64,000 nucleotides of DNA. Origin: a phage. The DNA is taken from NCBI GenBank assembly GCA_024672275.1, contig GCA_024672275.1_4536.1. The stretch is one strand, 5' to 3'. The notes below the pieces were generated by a model. That model did not search any database and had not been told where the DNA came from. It saw nothing but the letters and a program-made list of their open reading frames with translations. Of this stretch, positions 27,483-36,796 are shown piece after piece; position 1 is the first letter of the stretch; every line of letters starts with the position of its first letter. The position numbers and the translations under genes were made by a program.

Positions 27483-27914
27483 TTAGTTGTTAGCGAACTC
27501 AATAGTGAGGTCAACTTTACCATCATCAGAAATAACCATGTTTTTAGTATTTTTAAAGATGATATCTACTTTACCTTCACTTACACGACAGAATGCAACA
27601 CCATCTGCAACTTTATCGATATAATATTTGTAAGAAAGAATACCCACTTTACTACGACCAGCACCTTTTGTGAAAGAAGGGCTTACATCGAAACGGAAAC
27701 CTTTAGAAGAAACAACACGGTAAGAACGTCCAGTTGGGATATGTTCAATAACAGAAACATTGTTCTCAACAACTTTTACAGCAAACTCTTCAGGATGATC
27801 CTCAACAATCATATGTGGGATGGCAAATGCCAACGCTTGTTTGTGTTTAATAACACCAGCACCCAGAGCACCAGCAGCTTTAACTTTTGCATTCAGATCG
27901 ATTGTCATACGCAT
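27483..27914 (-). CDS. hypothetical protein (143 aa)
   Basis: ORF; no motif recognised. Confidence 0.4.
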   Translation of the reverse strand: MRMTIDLNAKVKAAGALGAGVIKHKQALAFAIPHMIVEDHPEEFAVKVVENNVSVIEHIPTGRSYRVVSSKGFRFDVSPSFTKGAGRSKVGILSYKYYIDKVADGVAFCRVSEGKVDIIFKNTKNMVISDDGKVDLTIEFANN

Positions 27915-27992
27915 TTTTACTTCTCCTCTTGTTTGGTTGATGAGACAAGTATAAGTCCCTTCCGCAAAGTTGTCAACAGGTATTTTTAATAA

Positions 27993-28008
27993 AAGGGCCG
28001 AAGCCCTT
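27993..28008 (-). terminator. hairpin AAGGGC-TTCG-GCCCTT after the primase-helicase gene
   Basis: Minus-strand GC stem with UUCG loop followed by a short T/A-rich tract; overlaps the stop codon. Confidence 0.35.
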
Positions 28009-29785
28009 AATAGTTGCTATCCGTAGGCAAATTAGCAGGATTGTTGAAATACTGCTCTTTGTCATGCAGAGTTGCAGTTCTAATATCATAGTAAAACTGC
28101 CCTGCTGGACCAGTTTCCGAGAACTCACGGTTTTTTAGGATAAAGCAATGAGTCGTATTGCGTTCTACAGGGTCTTCAGCGGCTTTATCTCGTTCCAAAG
28201 CCAAGGTAATACCAGCACCTTTAGCCAAGAAACTACTACCCATTGCATCGTCCTCTGTTAAGTGTTCATTGCCACCATTAGCCGACTTCTTAACGTGTGA
28301 GATGACGATAATGGTTATAGCATACTCTTTCATGATGCGCTTCAACCATGTTGCTAACTCTTCCTGGGCTTGAACATCCATACCAGAAAGCAAATCAGAA
28401 TAAGGGTCGATAACAAGAATTGTTACTCCAAAATAGATGATCATCTCCAAAACTTTTTCTTTGATAGACTCCACATCTGCTCCACGATCATCACACACAT
28501 AAAAACGTGGTGATCCATCTTCTCTTTCGTAAAAATCTAGGATTTTTTCTTTATTCTCTTCCAAGATTTGAAATTTCTCTTCCGGTGTTTTCCTGTGTAG
28601 AGGAATATGCAGGAACGAGGACAACAGGTTACGAGAATATTTCTTATAAGTTGCTTCCAAGGACAGAATGCCTAGGGTATGTTCTGGGTGCGCAACAATA
28701 ATATGTTTGGTGATCTCGTTCACCATCAAAGTTTTACCGATACTGGTCTTTGCCAGGATGACGGTAATCTCTTCCTCTACTAAACCACCACCCAGCATGT
28801 TTGCAGCTACACGCATAAAAGGAGGCAAGGTAATCATCTTGGATTCCAAGCATTCTAATGCAGCTTCATACAAGACATTAGAAGCATAAACACCTGCTGG
28901 GGTATATAGACGAGCACTCCAAAAAGCTTTTACGAAATCTTTTGCACGACCTTCTTCCAGATACTGATTGGCATCCTTAAGATCCATCTGCATACGGTAG
29001 ACTTTGTTACGAGGCAGCACCTTAACAATATTTTCAAATGCCTCATTACCTGCTTTGTCATTATCCATGCAAACAATAATCTTCTTAAATTTTTCAAAGA
29101 AAGGATATTGTGCCTGAACTTGTTTATACATACTGGTTTCACCAGTTGTGCCACTAACTACTGCTGGAAGTTCATATTTGTTGTCCAAGTTTTCAGACAG
29201 CATTTGATAAGCTGCCAGAGCATCGTGTTCACCACCTGTAATTACCACAGTATGAGAACGGTCTGCAAAACGAATTTGTCCAAAAAGATCTACATCTTTA
29301 CCTACTTGACCAATAGGTTTACTGAAATCTTTAGGATGGATACGACGCTTAAAACCAACCAATTCTTTACCGATGGTAGTTGGATATAAACAACTTTCTA
29401 CTACCATCTGATCCCCTTCCTGACGGTATTCATAACGAACACCATAGAAAGATGAAACTTTTTCTTTAATGCCTCGATAACCACGTGGGTTGGTTGATGT
29501 TTCTTGAACAATTTTACGATGAATCTGTTTATTAAATTCCGAACCCACAATCTCCTCCTCTTCTTCTAAAACTTCACCATTTTCTCGTAACCATTCTACG
29601 CTAGGAATAGTGTATTCACACGCAAAGCACTTAGCACCTTTATGCTCTCCATTAGAATCTAATCCATAAACCATCAGGTTATTACGAGAGCGATCCTTGC
29701 CATTTTTCATGCAGCGCGGACAACCTGTATGCCCTTCCTTGCTAAGATCAACATCAAATCCATATTTAGTTATAATGTGCGACAC
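28007..29785 (-). CDS. bifunctional DNA primase/helicase (T7 gp4-like) (592 aa)
   Basis: N-terminal zinc-binding CPRC...CFAC; TOPRIM (VVITGGEHDALAAYQ; CMDNDKAGNEAF); helicase Walker A ILAKTSIGKT and Walker B-like VIDPYSDL. Confidence 0.85.
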   Translation of the reverse strand: MSHIITKYGFDVDLSKEGHTGCPRCMKNGKDRSRNNLMVYGLDSNGEHKGAKCFACEYTIPSVEWLRENGEVLEEEEEIVGSEFNKQIHRKIVQETSTNPRGYRGIKEKVSSFYGVRYEYRQEGDQMVVESCLYPTTIGKELVGFKRRIHPKDFSKPIGQVGKDVDLFGQIRFADRSHTVVITGGEHDALAAYQMLSENLDNKYELPAVVSGTTGETSMYKQVQAQYPFFEKFKKIIVCMDNDKAGNEAFENIVKVLPRNKVYRMQMDLKDANQYLEEGRAKDFVKAFWSARLYTPAGVYASNVLYEAALECLESKMITLPPFMRVAANMLGGGLVEEEITVILAKTSIGKTLMVNEITKHIIVAHPEHTLGILSLEATYKKYSRNLLSSFLHIPLHRKTPEEKFQILEENKEKILDFYEREDGSPRFYVCDDRGADVESIKEKVLEMIIYFGVTILVIDPYSDLLSGMDVQAQEELATWLKRIMKEYAITIIVISHVKKSANGGNEHLTEDDAMGSSFLAKGAGITLALERDKAAEDPVERNTTHCFILKNREFSETGPAGQFYYDIRTATLHDKEQYFNNPANLPTDSNY

Positions 29786-29797
29786 TTTGTTCTCCTG

Positions 29798-30076
29798 TTA
29801 AAATGGTTCGTTAGTCTCCATCATATATTCTGCTTCTAGTTCTTCCATATGCTTTCTAAATTGGAAAGCAATTTCTGCTACAGTTACATTTAAATCTTTT
29901 TCAAAAACTTCTGTAGAGCCTTCATAAAAACGAATACCGTCAATTAAAAGCCCTCCGTGGTAATCCCAATCACTTTCACGAGAAAGCGGGTTAGGCTCTT
30001 CATAATAGTAATCCACCTCCACAACTAAGGCTTTCCCGTTACGAGTGGTGTATTCAAAATCAAAAGTGTTAATCAT
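29798..30076 (-). CDS. hypothetical protein (92 aa)
   Basis: ORF coupled to the downstream glycosyltransferase gene. Confidence 0.4.
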   Translation of the reverse strand: MINTFDFEYTTRNGKALVVEVDYYYEEPNPLSRESDWDYHGGLLIDGIRFYEGSTEVFEKDLNVTVAEIAFQFRKHMEELEAEYMMETNEPF

Positions 30077-31020
30077 TATAGCTCCTCAAATAAAAGTCTA
30101 CGACGCTCATTCAACACATCAATGTGATAATGAGTCCTGACATACTTAGCTAATGCTAATCCTTTCTCCATGCAAACATCGGGAGCACTTAATAAGTATT
30201 CCGTAATATCTTTCCACTCGGAAGGTGTTTCAGCAAAGAATAACAAATCTTTAAACTCTTGTGTATGATAATTCTCACGAGGAGAACAGATCAAAGGTAA
30301 ACCCTTAGCACCTGCCTCAAGAATTTTAAGATTGCTTTTTGCATTATTAAACACGTTATCAATCAATGGCGCAAGACTGATTTGATGACCATCGTAAGAT
30401 TCCATGTAGTTGGCATATGGTCTTACACCTTCATAAACACAAGTTGGTGCTACATTTTCTCTGATTACAGACCATTCACGACTACTTAAAACTTCAGAAT
30501 CCCTACGAAAACCACATATTGTAAGGTCTTTACCAAAATCGGGCAAGATAGCCAAATCTTGTTTATGTGTTTCACTTCCAGCCCAGACTAATGGAGTTTT
30601 GGAGTAGCGATCACGGGTCAACACAAATTGACCTTCATCGTAAGGAAGTCCATTAGGGATTATGTGCACATTATCATTGTATTGTGAAAGTTCAACTTGC
30701 AAAGCAGGTGTCGTAGTTGTAACAAGATCGCTGTGCTCTAAAAACCATTTTAAATGTTCACGAATACCTGATTCAAAAATACCTTCTAACATGTGTCCTT
30801 TTGGAATAACTAAAGAGTCATCCAAATCCATAACCATTTTAAAGCCTAGGTTTTTAAGGGCTAAAAAGCCCTCTTTACCTTTTGTTGGCACTCCGTTAAA
30901 AACGAAAACGTTGTATTTAGGTTGTGAAGAGAACTGCCTTGAGTAAGGCAGCACTACCCTATGGAAATCGCAGACACTATAATTGATTCCGTTACGATTG
31001 TCAAGAATTATTTGTCCCAT
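30076..31020 (-). CDS. GT-B fold glycosyltransferase, paralog 1 (314 aa)
   Basis: Motif KSNLKILEAGAKGLPLICS resembles the GT1/GT4 EX7E region; clear paralogy to 31028..31975 (shared VVDLDD, WAG..H..DL, ISLAPL(I/V)DN.FNN.KSNLKILEAGAKG). Confidence 0.5.
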   Translation of the reverse strand: MGQIILDNRNGINYSVCDFHRVVLPYSRQFSSQPKYNVFVFNGVPTKGKEGFLALKNLGFKMVMDLDDSLVIPKGHMLEGIFESGIREHLKWFLEHSDLVTTTTPALQVELSQYNDNVHIIPNGLPYDEGQFVLTRDRYSKTPLVWAGSETHKQDLAILPDFGKDLTICGFRRDSEVLSSREWSVIRENVAPTCVYEGVRPYANYMESYDGHQISLAPLIDNVFNNAKSNLKILEAGAKGLPLICSPRENYHTQEFKDLLFFAETPSEWKDITEYLLSAPDVCMEKGLALAKYVRTHYHIDVLNERRRLLFEEL

Positions 31021-31027
31021 ACTTCAC

Positions 31028-31975
31028 CTACAAACTTTCAATAACCTGGCGTCGCAACTCATTTGCATCTGCCAGATTATAATGTGTTCGAACATGTTCA
31101 GCCAAGAACAAGCCACGATCTTCCCGATAGTTTGGATTGCGAAGAAGCTTAACAATTTCGTAATGCCATTCTGCTTTGTTCTCTGCGTAAGCAACAGCAC
31201 GAGCATCTACAGGGTTAAAATAAGGTAATACCTTAGAACAAACAATCGGAATACCCTTTGCTCCAGCTTCTAGGATTTTGAGATTACTTTTACAATTATT
31301 AAAATCATTATCTACCAAAGGAGCTATAGCAATAGCATGACTTTCGTAAACACTCATGTAATTATCTAAATCTTTTACAGCAGCTTTATATTTAGCATTT
31401 GGTAAATTTCTGCGAATCTTAATCCACTCTTGTCCCGTGATGCTCTGCGATGCTTCATATCCCGCAATAGTAAGAAGTTCATCATCGAAAGTATTAGAGA
31501 CTAGTCGTAAATCGGGTTCGTGACTAGCACCGCCAGCCCATACAACAGGGGTACCGGATGAACGATCATTTGACAAAGTGAATTGTCCACTATCAAAAGG
31601 AAGTGCATTTCGGATCACAACAACATTCCTATTTAAGTGACGGATCTTATATGCCAAATATTCTGTAGTCACAATAACCACATCAGCAAGCTTAACCATA
31701 GCTACAATAGCATGAGTGTTTGACTCGTATAGACTTGCTAAATAATGTTCTGGATTAAGTTGGTAGAAATCATCTAAATCTACAACAATCTTAACACCTT
31801 GACGTTTCAAAGATAAAACGTATTCTGCACCTTTAGAGTGGATACGGTTAAACACAACAACATCTTTCTTAGGTTGAAGATTATGGTTGTTAAATGGCAT
31901 AACAATACGATGATAGTCACAACCGCTGTGAGGTTTTGCATCAATTTTTAGTTTAGACCATTTTTTATTTGACAT
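31028..31975 (-). CDS. GT-B fold glycosyltransferase, paralog 2 (315 aa)
   Basis: Same motifs as paralog 1 (KSNLKILEAGAKGIPIVCS); tandem arrangement. Confidence 0.5.
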   Translation of the reverse strand: MSNKKWSKLKIDAKPHSGCDYHRIVMPFNNHNLQPKKDVVVFNRIHSKGAEYVLSLKRQGVKIVVDLDDFYQLNPEHYLASLYESNTHAIVAMVKLADVVIVTTEYLAYKIRHLNRNVVVIRNALPFDSGQFTLSNDRSSGTPVVWAGGASHEPDLRLVSNTFDDELLTIAGYEASQSITGQEWIKIRRNLPNAKYKAAVKDLDNYMSVYESHAIAIAPLVDNDFNNCKSNLKILEAGAKGIPIVCSKVLPYFNPVDARAVAYAENKAEWHYEIVKLLRNPNYREDRGLFLAEHVRTHYNLADANELRRQVIESL

Positions 31976-32648
31976 GTGCTAGTGCCTCCTCATAGGAAAT
32001 TCGGATTTTCCCATTTTTAATATCCTCTAAAGATGCTTTATATTCTTCCCAGTTAATCCCGATAGCAGCTTCTTTCTCTTCTTTTGTCAGATTAGCAAAA
32101 GGCATAGGATTGTTTCCAAAAACATCGTCTGGGTGGATATAAGCCATGATACGAAGTGGACAAGGTGTTGCCTGAATACCATGATTCAAACCAGCAGCTT
32201 TCAAACGGTGTCCCCATTCGGCATCTTCAAAACCATAACCGTGAGTGTAAGGGCGGAAATAACCCATCTTCTCAACAACGGCACGAGAATACATTGCAAA
32301 TTGACACATTGCAAGTTCCCAGAGAATAACTTCTCCTTTGCTTCCAACAACTTTATCTTTGAAGTACTCCGGCATACCAAAGAAATCCCATCCTCCAGAA
32401 ACAGCTTGATCTACAAAGTATGTTTCCCATCCTTCCATGACTGGGTAGCAATCGTCGTCAAAAATAAACCAATAATCATAACCTTCTTCATAAAACTGGT
32501 GTATAAGTTCATTCCTGGCATAAGCTACACCTTTACGGTCTGGATCGTTGAATACTCGAAAATCTGCACGTGGATCTGTTACAAGGTAGTCTTTAAGTGG
32601 GCGGACACCTACAGTGATAACACCCACTCCGATTTTAATATTTTCCAT
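31965..32648 (-). CDS. GT-A fold (family 2-like) glycosyltransferase (227 aa)
   Basis: VAYARNELI, DxD-type FIFDDDCYP, and YGFEDAEW motifs. Confidence 0.55.
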   Translation of the reverse strand: MENIKIGVGVITVGVRPLKDYLVTDPRADFRVFNDPDRKGVAYARNELIHQFYEEGYDYWFIFDDDCYPVMEGWETYFVDQAVSGGWDFFGMPEYFKDKVVGSKGEVILWELAMCQFAMYSRAVVEKMGYFRPYTHGYGFEDAEWGHRLKAAGLNHGIQATPCPLRIMAYIHPDDVFGNNPMPFANLTKEEKEAAIGINWEEYKASLEDIKNGKIRISYEEALAHVK

Positions 32649-32656
32649 TTTCTCTC

Positions 32657-33220
32657 CTAAATAGTTTTACTGTGATCGTGACAGTGTAATAAATGATGTA
32701 TAGACCGTTGAGGATTTGTTTGACCTAATCTGTAAATGTGAAACAGATACATTCCCCGCATCAATCCTAACCTCTTTCCTTTTTCATGTAAAGTGCGAGA
32801 GAAAATTAAGTCGAATTGGATAGATTTTTCTTCAAAAGGAATTTCATTCCACAATGATTTTCTAAAAAGCAAAAAGAAACCTGCCAAAGGTGTTCCGAAA
32901 GGAACTTCTTCAACACTCACTTTATGATATTCTCTTGCAATCTTAGCATATTCTATATGGTTTAGAATATCTGGATCATCGTTAATTTGGTTAGAGAAAA
33001 GCTGATAACCACTGCCTAACCTGTTACAAGTTGCACCTATTACATCAAAAGGCGGGTTTGACATAACAAGCTCTTCAAGCATAGATGGTTGATCAGGTAG
33101 GAGGAACATTGTATCGGTATCTCTTAAACACACCCAACTATCATCTGGAAGAACGGCAATGGCTTCATTGATAGCCTTGCCGATATTTCCTGTCAGATAG
33201 GGAGTAATATAATAAATCAT
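32657..33220 (-). CDS. glycosyltransferase-like protein (187 aa)
   Basis: Possible DxD (CLRDTDTMF) in an N-terminal Rossmann-like context; weak. Confidence 0.35.
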   Translation of the reverse strand: MIYYITPYLTGNIGKAINEAIAVLPDDSWVCLRDTDTMFLLPDQPSMLEELVMSNPPFDVIGATCNRLGSGYQLFSNQINDDPDILNHIEYAKIAREYHKVSVEEVPFGTPLAGFFLLFRKSLWNEIPFEEKSIQFDLIFSRTLHEKGKRLGLMRGMYLFHIYRLGQTNPQRSIHHLLHCHDHSKTI

Positions 33221-33236
33221 TCTCCCCTCCGTTATA

Positions 33237-33428
33237 TTAACTGTCGGCTACAATCCCGCGTTTAATCATTTCCTGTTGGATTTGGATGACACGATCTCGT
33301 GCTTCCATGTATTCTTTAAAAGATTCTTGAAGATGGTCACGAGCTACGTCTCGTAGCTTAATCAGTTTGTCGTTTGTCACTTCTTGAAGAGAGATTTCGC
33401 CAGTTTCATTGGTCCCAAGCGTTTTCAT
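33237..33428 (-). CDS. small hypothetical protein (63 aa)
   Basis: ORF only. Confidence 0.3.
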   Translation of the reverse strand: MKTLGTNETGEISLQEVTNDKLIKLRDVARDHLQESFKEYMEARDRVIQIQQEMIKRGIVADS

Positions 33429-33636
33429 TTACAACCTCCTTAATAGCTACTGCACAGTTCTTACAAATACATTGACCTTTGTTCTTAGAAATTTCAATGT
33501 AAGGTTCATTTTCGTTTTCTCCGCGTCGTGAGTCGTATATTACTGTATTGAAGCAGACAACGCAAATGTTTTTAATAACGACATATTTTTGCACTTTCTG
33601 TTTAGTGCGAAAATTGACTTCAATGACTTCTCCCAT
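33406..33636 (-). CDS. small zinc-ribbon protein (start adjusted to Met17 of track ORF)
   Basis: CVVC...CICKNC pattern; adjusted ATG overlaps the upstream stop by 1 nt. Confidence 0.35.
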   Translation of the reverse strand: MGEVIEVNFRTKQKVQKYVVIKNICVVCFNTVIYDSRRGENENEPYIEISKNKGQCICKNCAVAIKEVVNENAWDQ

Positions 33637-33920
33637 CAATGAATCTCCCCTAAAATGTTGTTTTGAGACATTACTGCGGAGCATTCTACAGCATCATGAG
33701 TCCTTGCAAAACGCTCCCACAACACAGCATCTACTTTAAGAACCATACAAGGATAAATACTGTCGTTGATCATATCAATGCTATATTTATCTACATCGTT
33801 TTCATCTTCCATAAACAAAGTAGCGTATGCTTCTAAATGCTTACGGGTGTAGTATACATCCTCTTCGGTAAGACCGACAACCAGGTAACTTGCTACAACA
33901 ACAGTATTATCTTCTTGCAT
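33636..33920 (-). CDS. hypothetical protein (start adjusted to Met22 of track ORF)
   Basis: SD AGGGGAG precedes the internal ATG; removes the overlap with the hydrolase gene. Confidence 0.35.
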   Translation of the reverse strand: MQEDNTVVVASYLVVGLTEEDVYYTRKHLEAYATLFMEDENDVDKYSIDMINDSIYPCMVLKVDAVLWERFARTHDAVECSAVMSQNNILGEIH

Positions 33921-33921
33921 T

Positions 33922-34443
33922 TTAACTCCCCTTTGGTAGATAGAAACCATGCACTTTATCTCGATAAACAAGACGCATATCACGTTCCCAGTGTGTCTTT
34001 ATATTCCGTTTCTTGAAATATAGAGCACCTTTAGTAACATCTAAAACAGACCGCAATTCAGGAAAATGTTTCTCTAGATAAAGTAAACGCTCCGCTATTG
34101 CTTTTGCTTCCTGCCACTTATCTTTCTCTGTTACGTTAAAAGTTTTCGCATATGAGAATTGTCCTTTCTGGAACAAGACTCCTCTGACTGTGTTAGGGAA
34201 GTAGGTATCATTTCTTCTGTTGATTACCACATTCCCAACGGCATTCATTCCTTTTTTACCCAGACCGCGACCTTCTGCGTAAATTGCACAAGCTAATAGA
34301 ATTTTATCATTATATTGCTTTGTACATTTGTGAACTACTTTAGCGGTTTTTACGTTTGCAGCTTCGGCTTTCGCCACAACAGGTGTAAATGTAAAAGCAG
34401 TTAAGGATAGTAACGCAACTGTTACAAAGTTTTTTATCAGCAA
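33922..34443 (-). CDS. secreted cell wall hydrolase, SleB/CwlJ (Hydrolase_2)-like (173 aa)
   Basis: N-terminal signal peptide MLIKNFVTVALLSLTAFTFTPVVAKA; Hydrolase_2-like core LLACAIYAEGRGLGKKGMNAVGNVVINR...VLFQKGQFSY. Confidence 0.6.
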   Translation of the reverse strand: MLIKNFVTVALLSLTAFTFTPVVAKAEAANVKTAKVVHKCTKQYNDKILLACAIYAEGRGLGKKGMNAVGNVVINRRNDTYFPNTVRGVLFQKGQFSYAKTFNVTEKDKWQEAKAIAERLLYLEKHFPELRSVLDVTKGALYFKKRNIKTHWERDMRLVYRDKVHGFYLPKGS

Positions 34444-34504
34444 ATTTTGCCTCCTTTTTAAGTTAACGAATTTCTAGTATAACACGATAGAGGCTTTATT
34501 GCAA

Positions 34505-34524
34505 GAGGGGGATTTCTCCCCCTC
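34505..34524 (-). other. stem-loop GAGGGGGA-TTTC-TCCCCCTC between terD and the hydrolase gene
   Basis: Perfect GC palindrome, near-identical to the hairpin at ~15930; no T-tract. Confidence 0.3.
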
Positions 34525-34542
34525 AAAATCATTTGTTAATTA

Positions 34543-35145
34543 TTATGGACATTCATACCATTCTTTTTTACCACCGAAGGCCATCACCACATCACAAATA
34601 TCCAGACCAGCTTTACCTACACCATATGCTTTCAGCTTCCATTCCCCATCTTCACGAACCAAGGAAGCCACGTGGCAGATTGTGTTGCCAGCTACTTCAG
34701 GAGCCAGGAAGTCAAAATCCAGAATTTCCACATTGCGCTCGGAGTCAAAGATTTTAAGCATACCTTCAGAAGCATGACCAAAACGTTTCAGACCTGTATC
34801 ATCATCAATGGTCAGAACAAAGGCAATCTCTTGTGCATCAGGAGAGATTTTAGCCAGAGTAATATCAATCTGCTCCATGCTGCCAGTTCCATCACGAACA
34901 TCGTCACCAGCGAAGGTAGAACGTTCAGGATCAAACTTGTTAGCATAGCAAACCAGGTGACGTGCAGACAGCATTTCAGGATTGCCAGCGGCATTGTGAC
35001 GACAAACCAGTGCACTTACATCCAGATCCAGTTTAGAATCAGATTTCCAAGAGAATTCCAGGCGCAGTTCTTTCAGAGCCGGAGCAACTTTCTTCAGGGA
35101 AATTTTTTCGCTAGAGCCTTTTTTCAGGGAAATTTTATCAGTCAT
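34543..35145 (-). CDS. terD: TerD-domain stress-response protein (200 aa)
   Basis: Whole-length match to the TerD pattern: ISLKKG...ISLKK N-terminus, DLDVSALV, GDDVRDGTG, FVLTIDDD, GEWKLKAYGVGKAGL. Confidence 0.85.
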   Translation of the reverse strand: MTDKISLKKGSSEKISLKKVAPALKELRLEFSWKSDSKLDLDVSALVCRHNAAGNPEMLSARHLVCYANKFDPERSTFAGDDVRDGTGSMEQIDITLAKISPDAQEIAFVLTIDDDTGLKRFGHASEGMLKIFDSERNVEILDFDFLAPEVAGNTICHVASLVREDGEWKLKAYGVGKAGLDICDVVMAFGGKKEWYECP

Positions 35146-35160
35146 CTTTTGTCTCCTCTA

Positions 35161-35430
35161 TTATTTAAGTGTAATACCAGTTACAGTCAATTCTACTTCC
35201 AAAAGCTTAGATGTGTTTTGGATTGATACTAATTGTGCATGATGGTTTAGTTCTACAGCAGAACAATCATTTTCCCCATCATCTACTTTTAAATAAACAA
35301 TGATTTCACTAAGGTCTAAACCATTTTCGTCAAATGCATTTTCATAGACGAAAGTATCTCCTACATCCAAATCTTTAATGGTAAGGCATCGTTTATTTAC
35401 TTTTTGCTCATCAATTTCGAAGTTTAACAC
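35161..35430 (-). CDS. small hypothetical protein, paralog of 36452..36796 (89 aa)
   Basis: Shares F(N/E)I(Q/D)E(E/Q)K...DL..G.TF.Y..A.E..GLD and C-terminal V(E/D)L(T/E)VT(G/N)ITLK with its paralog. Confidence 0.4.
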   Translation of the reverse strand: MLNFEIDEQKVNKRCLTIKDLDVGDTFVYENAFDENGLDLSEIIVYLKVDDGENDCSAVELNHHAQLVSIQNTSKLLEVELTVTGITLK

Positions 35431-35659
35431 TTCTTCCTCCTAATGTTATCTCCGGTTTGTATATACGAAGAATTATAGCATTTTCATTTTCTTTGTCAAC
35501 CCATTCTTCATAATCGGGCCATACATGAATCTCTACTCTACTTACAATATCTTCCATTCGCACAGTCCCAATGAAATACTCTTTGAGACTGCGCATAATG
35601 AAAGCTTCTCTCTCGCGCCAATAATTTTCTATGACTTGAGAGGCAAGCTCGTCGATCAT
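35411..35659 (-). CDS. hypothetical protein (82 aa)
   Basis: ORF coupled between the vWA gene and the small paralog. Confidence 0.35.
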   Translation of the reverse strand: MIDELASQVIENYWREREAFIMRSLKEYFIGTVRMEDIVSRVEIHVWPDYEEWVDKENENAIILRIYKPEITLGGRSVKLRN

Positions 35660-36450
35660 TTTTTAGCACCTACTTTAACAACCCACTCTCCGAACTCTTC
35701 AGATAAGAGTTTGTCATAAAGCTCTGAATCTGTCAAGTCTAAATCTTTAATGCCAATAAAACCAACATTATCATAAGCATTTGCCAGTTCTTTCAGGAAG
35801 CCGAACTTCTCATTACCAACGCCAACCATGAACCAATAAATAGGTTTATTCTTATTCTCTTCGATAAGACGACGAACAGCACTAGGATCACCATTCTCAC
35901 CATCCGTCTGGAAGAATACAACACCAGGGGTAACGTCAGCACCTGGTTCAGATACAGCTACAACCTTTTCACGCTCTACAGATACTGTTTCAGTTTTACC
36001 AAGCAGACGATTAAAGAAGCCTTTCTTTGGAGCCTCTTCTTGTACCACTTGTTTAGTGGTAATATATTTGGTAACAGTGCCAAAATACTCATCGTAGATA
36101 TCTGCCATTACAGGGGCGTAATTTGTTCCACCTCCGATACGAACATTACGCATACATTTACCAACATAGTCATCGTAAACGTCTGCTGTTGCTGGAGTAA
36201 GCTCTTGAGAACTCGTATTGAAGGCCCACATGTCAATTTGTTCATTATCGTCGAACAGCATACCAAAAGGAAGCAGTTTACCTACAAAATCACTCACTAC
36301 CCCACGAGCATATAGACCATGCATACTACCAGAAATATCTAAAGCACATGCTACACGAAGAACAATCTTACCTTCATTCAGGTTCTTATTCTTTTTCAGA
36401 GAGAAAGCAAGGTTTTCTTGACGTTTTTTCAGGCTGATTTTCTCGGACAT
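35656..36450 (-). CDS. von Willebrand factor A (vWA) domain protein, TerY-like (264 aa)
   Basis: MIDAS motif DISGSM, plus GGGTNYAP and FFQTDGENGD elements. Confidence 0.7.
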   Translation of the reverse strand: MSEKISLKKRQENLAFSLKKNKNLNEGKIVLRVACALDISGSMHGLYARGVVSDFVGKLLPFGMLFDDNEQIDMWAFNTSSQELTPATADVYDDYVGKCMRNVRIGGGTNYAPVMADIYDEYFGTVTKYITTKQVVQEEAPKKGFFNRLLGKTETVSVEREKVVAVSEPGADVTPGVVFFQTDGENGDPSAVRRLIEENKNKPIYWFMVGVGNEKFGFLKELANAYDNVGFIGIKDLDLTDSELYDKLLSEEFGEWVVKVGAKK

Positions 36451-36451
36451 A

Positions 36452-36796
36452 TTATTTCTCCTTCTTAAGTGTAATGTTGGTAACTTCTAAATCTACTTCC
36501 ACCATATTTGTATCTGGCGGGATGCAATGAGTATATCCTCGTTGTGCTAGTGATCCATTAATACAGATCGCACTGTTTGTGGAATTTTTAATGAACACCA
36601 AGTTACGGTAGGTATCCAACCCTGCGTCTTCATAGGCATCATAATACATGAATGTGGCCCCTATGCCAAGATCTTCGAAAGCAATAGGTAAATCCTGACA
36701 CTTTTCTTCTTGAATATTGAATCTAAACACGCATACCTCCTCTACCAATTTTGAAGCCCAAATCGTAAGCTTCCTTAGTGATCTTTTGTAACTCAC
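36452..36796 (-). CDS. small hypothetical protein, paralog of 35161..35430 (true start probably downstream of track start)
   Basis: Conserved region aligns with the 89-aa paralog; the track ORF overlaps the upstream gene by ~74 nt. Confidence 0.35.
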   Translation of the reverse strand: MSYKRSLRKLTIWASKLVEEVCVFRFNIQEEKCQDLPIAFEDLGIGATFMYYDAYEDAGLDTYRNLVFIKNSTNSAICINGSLAQRGYTHCIPPDTNMVEVDLEVTNITLKKEK

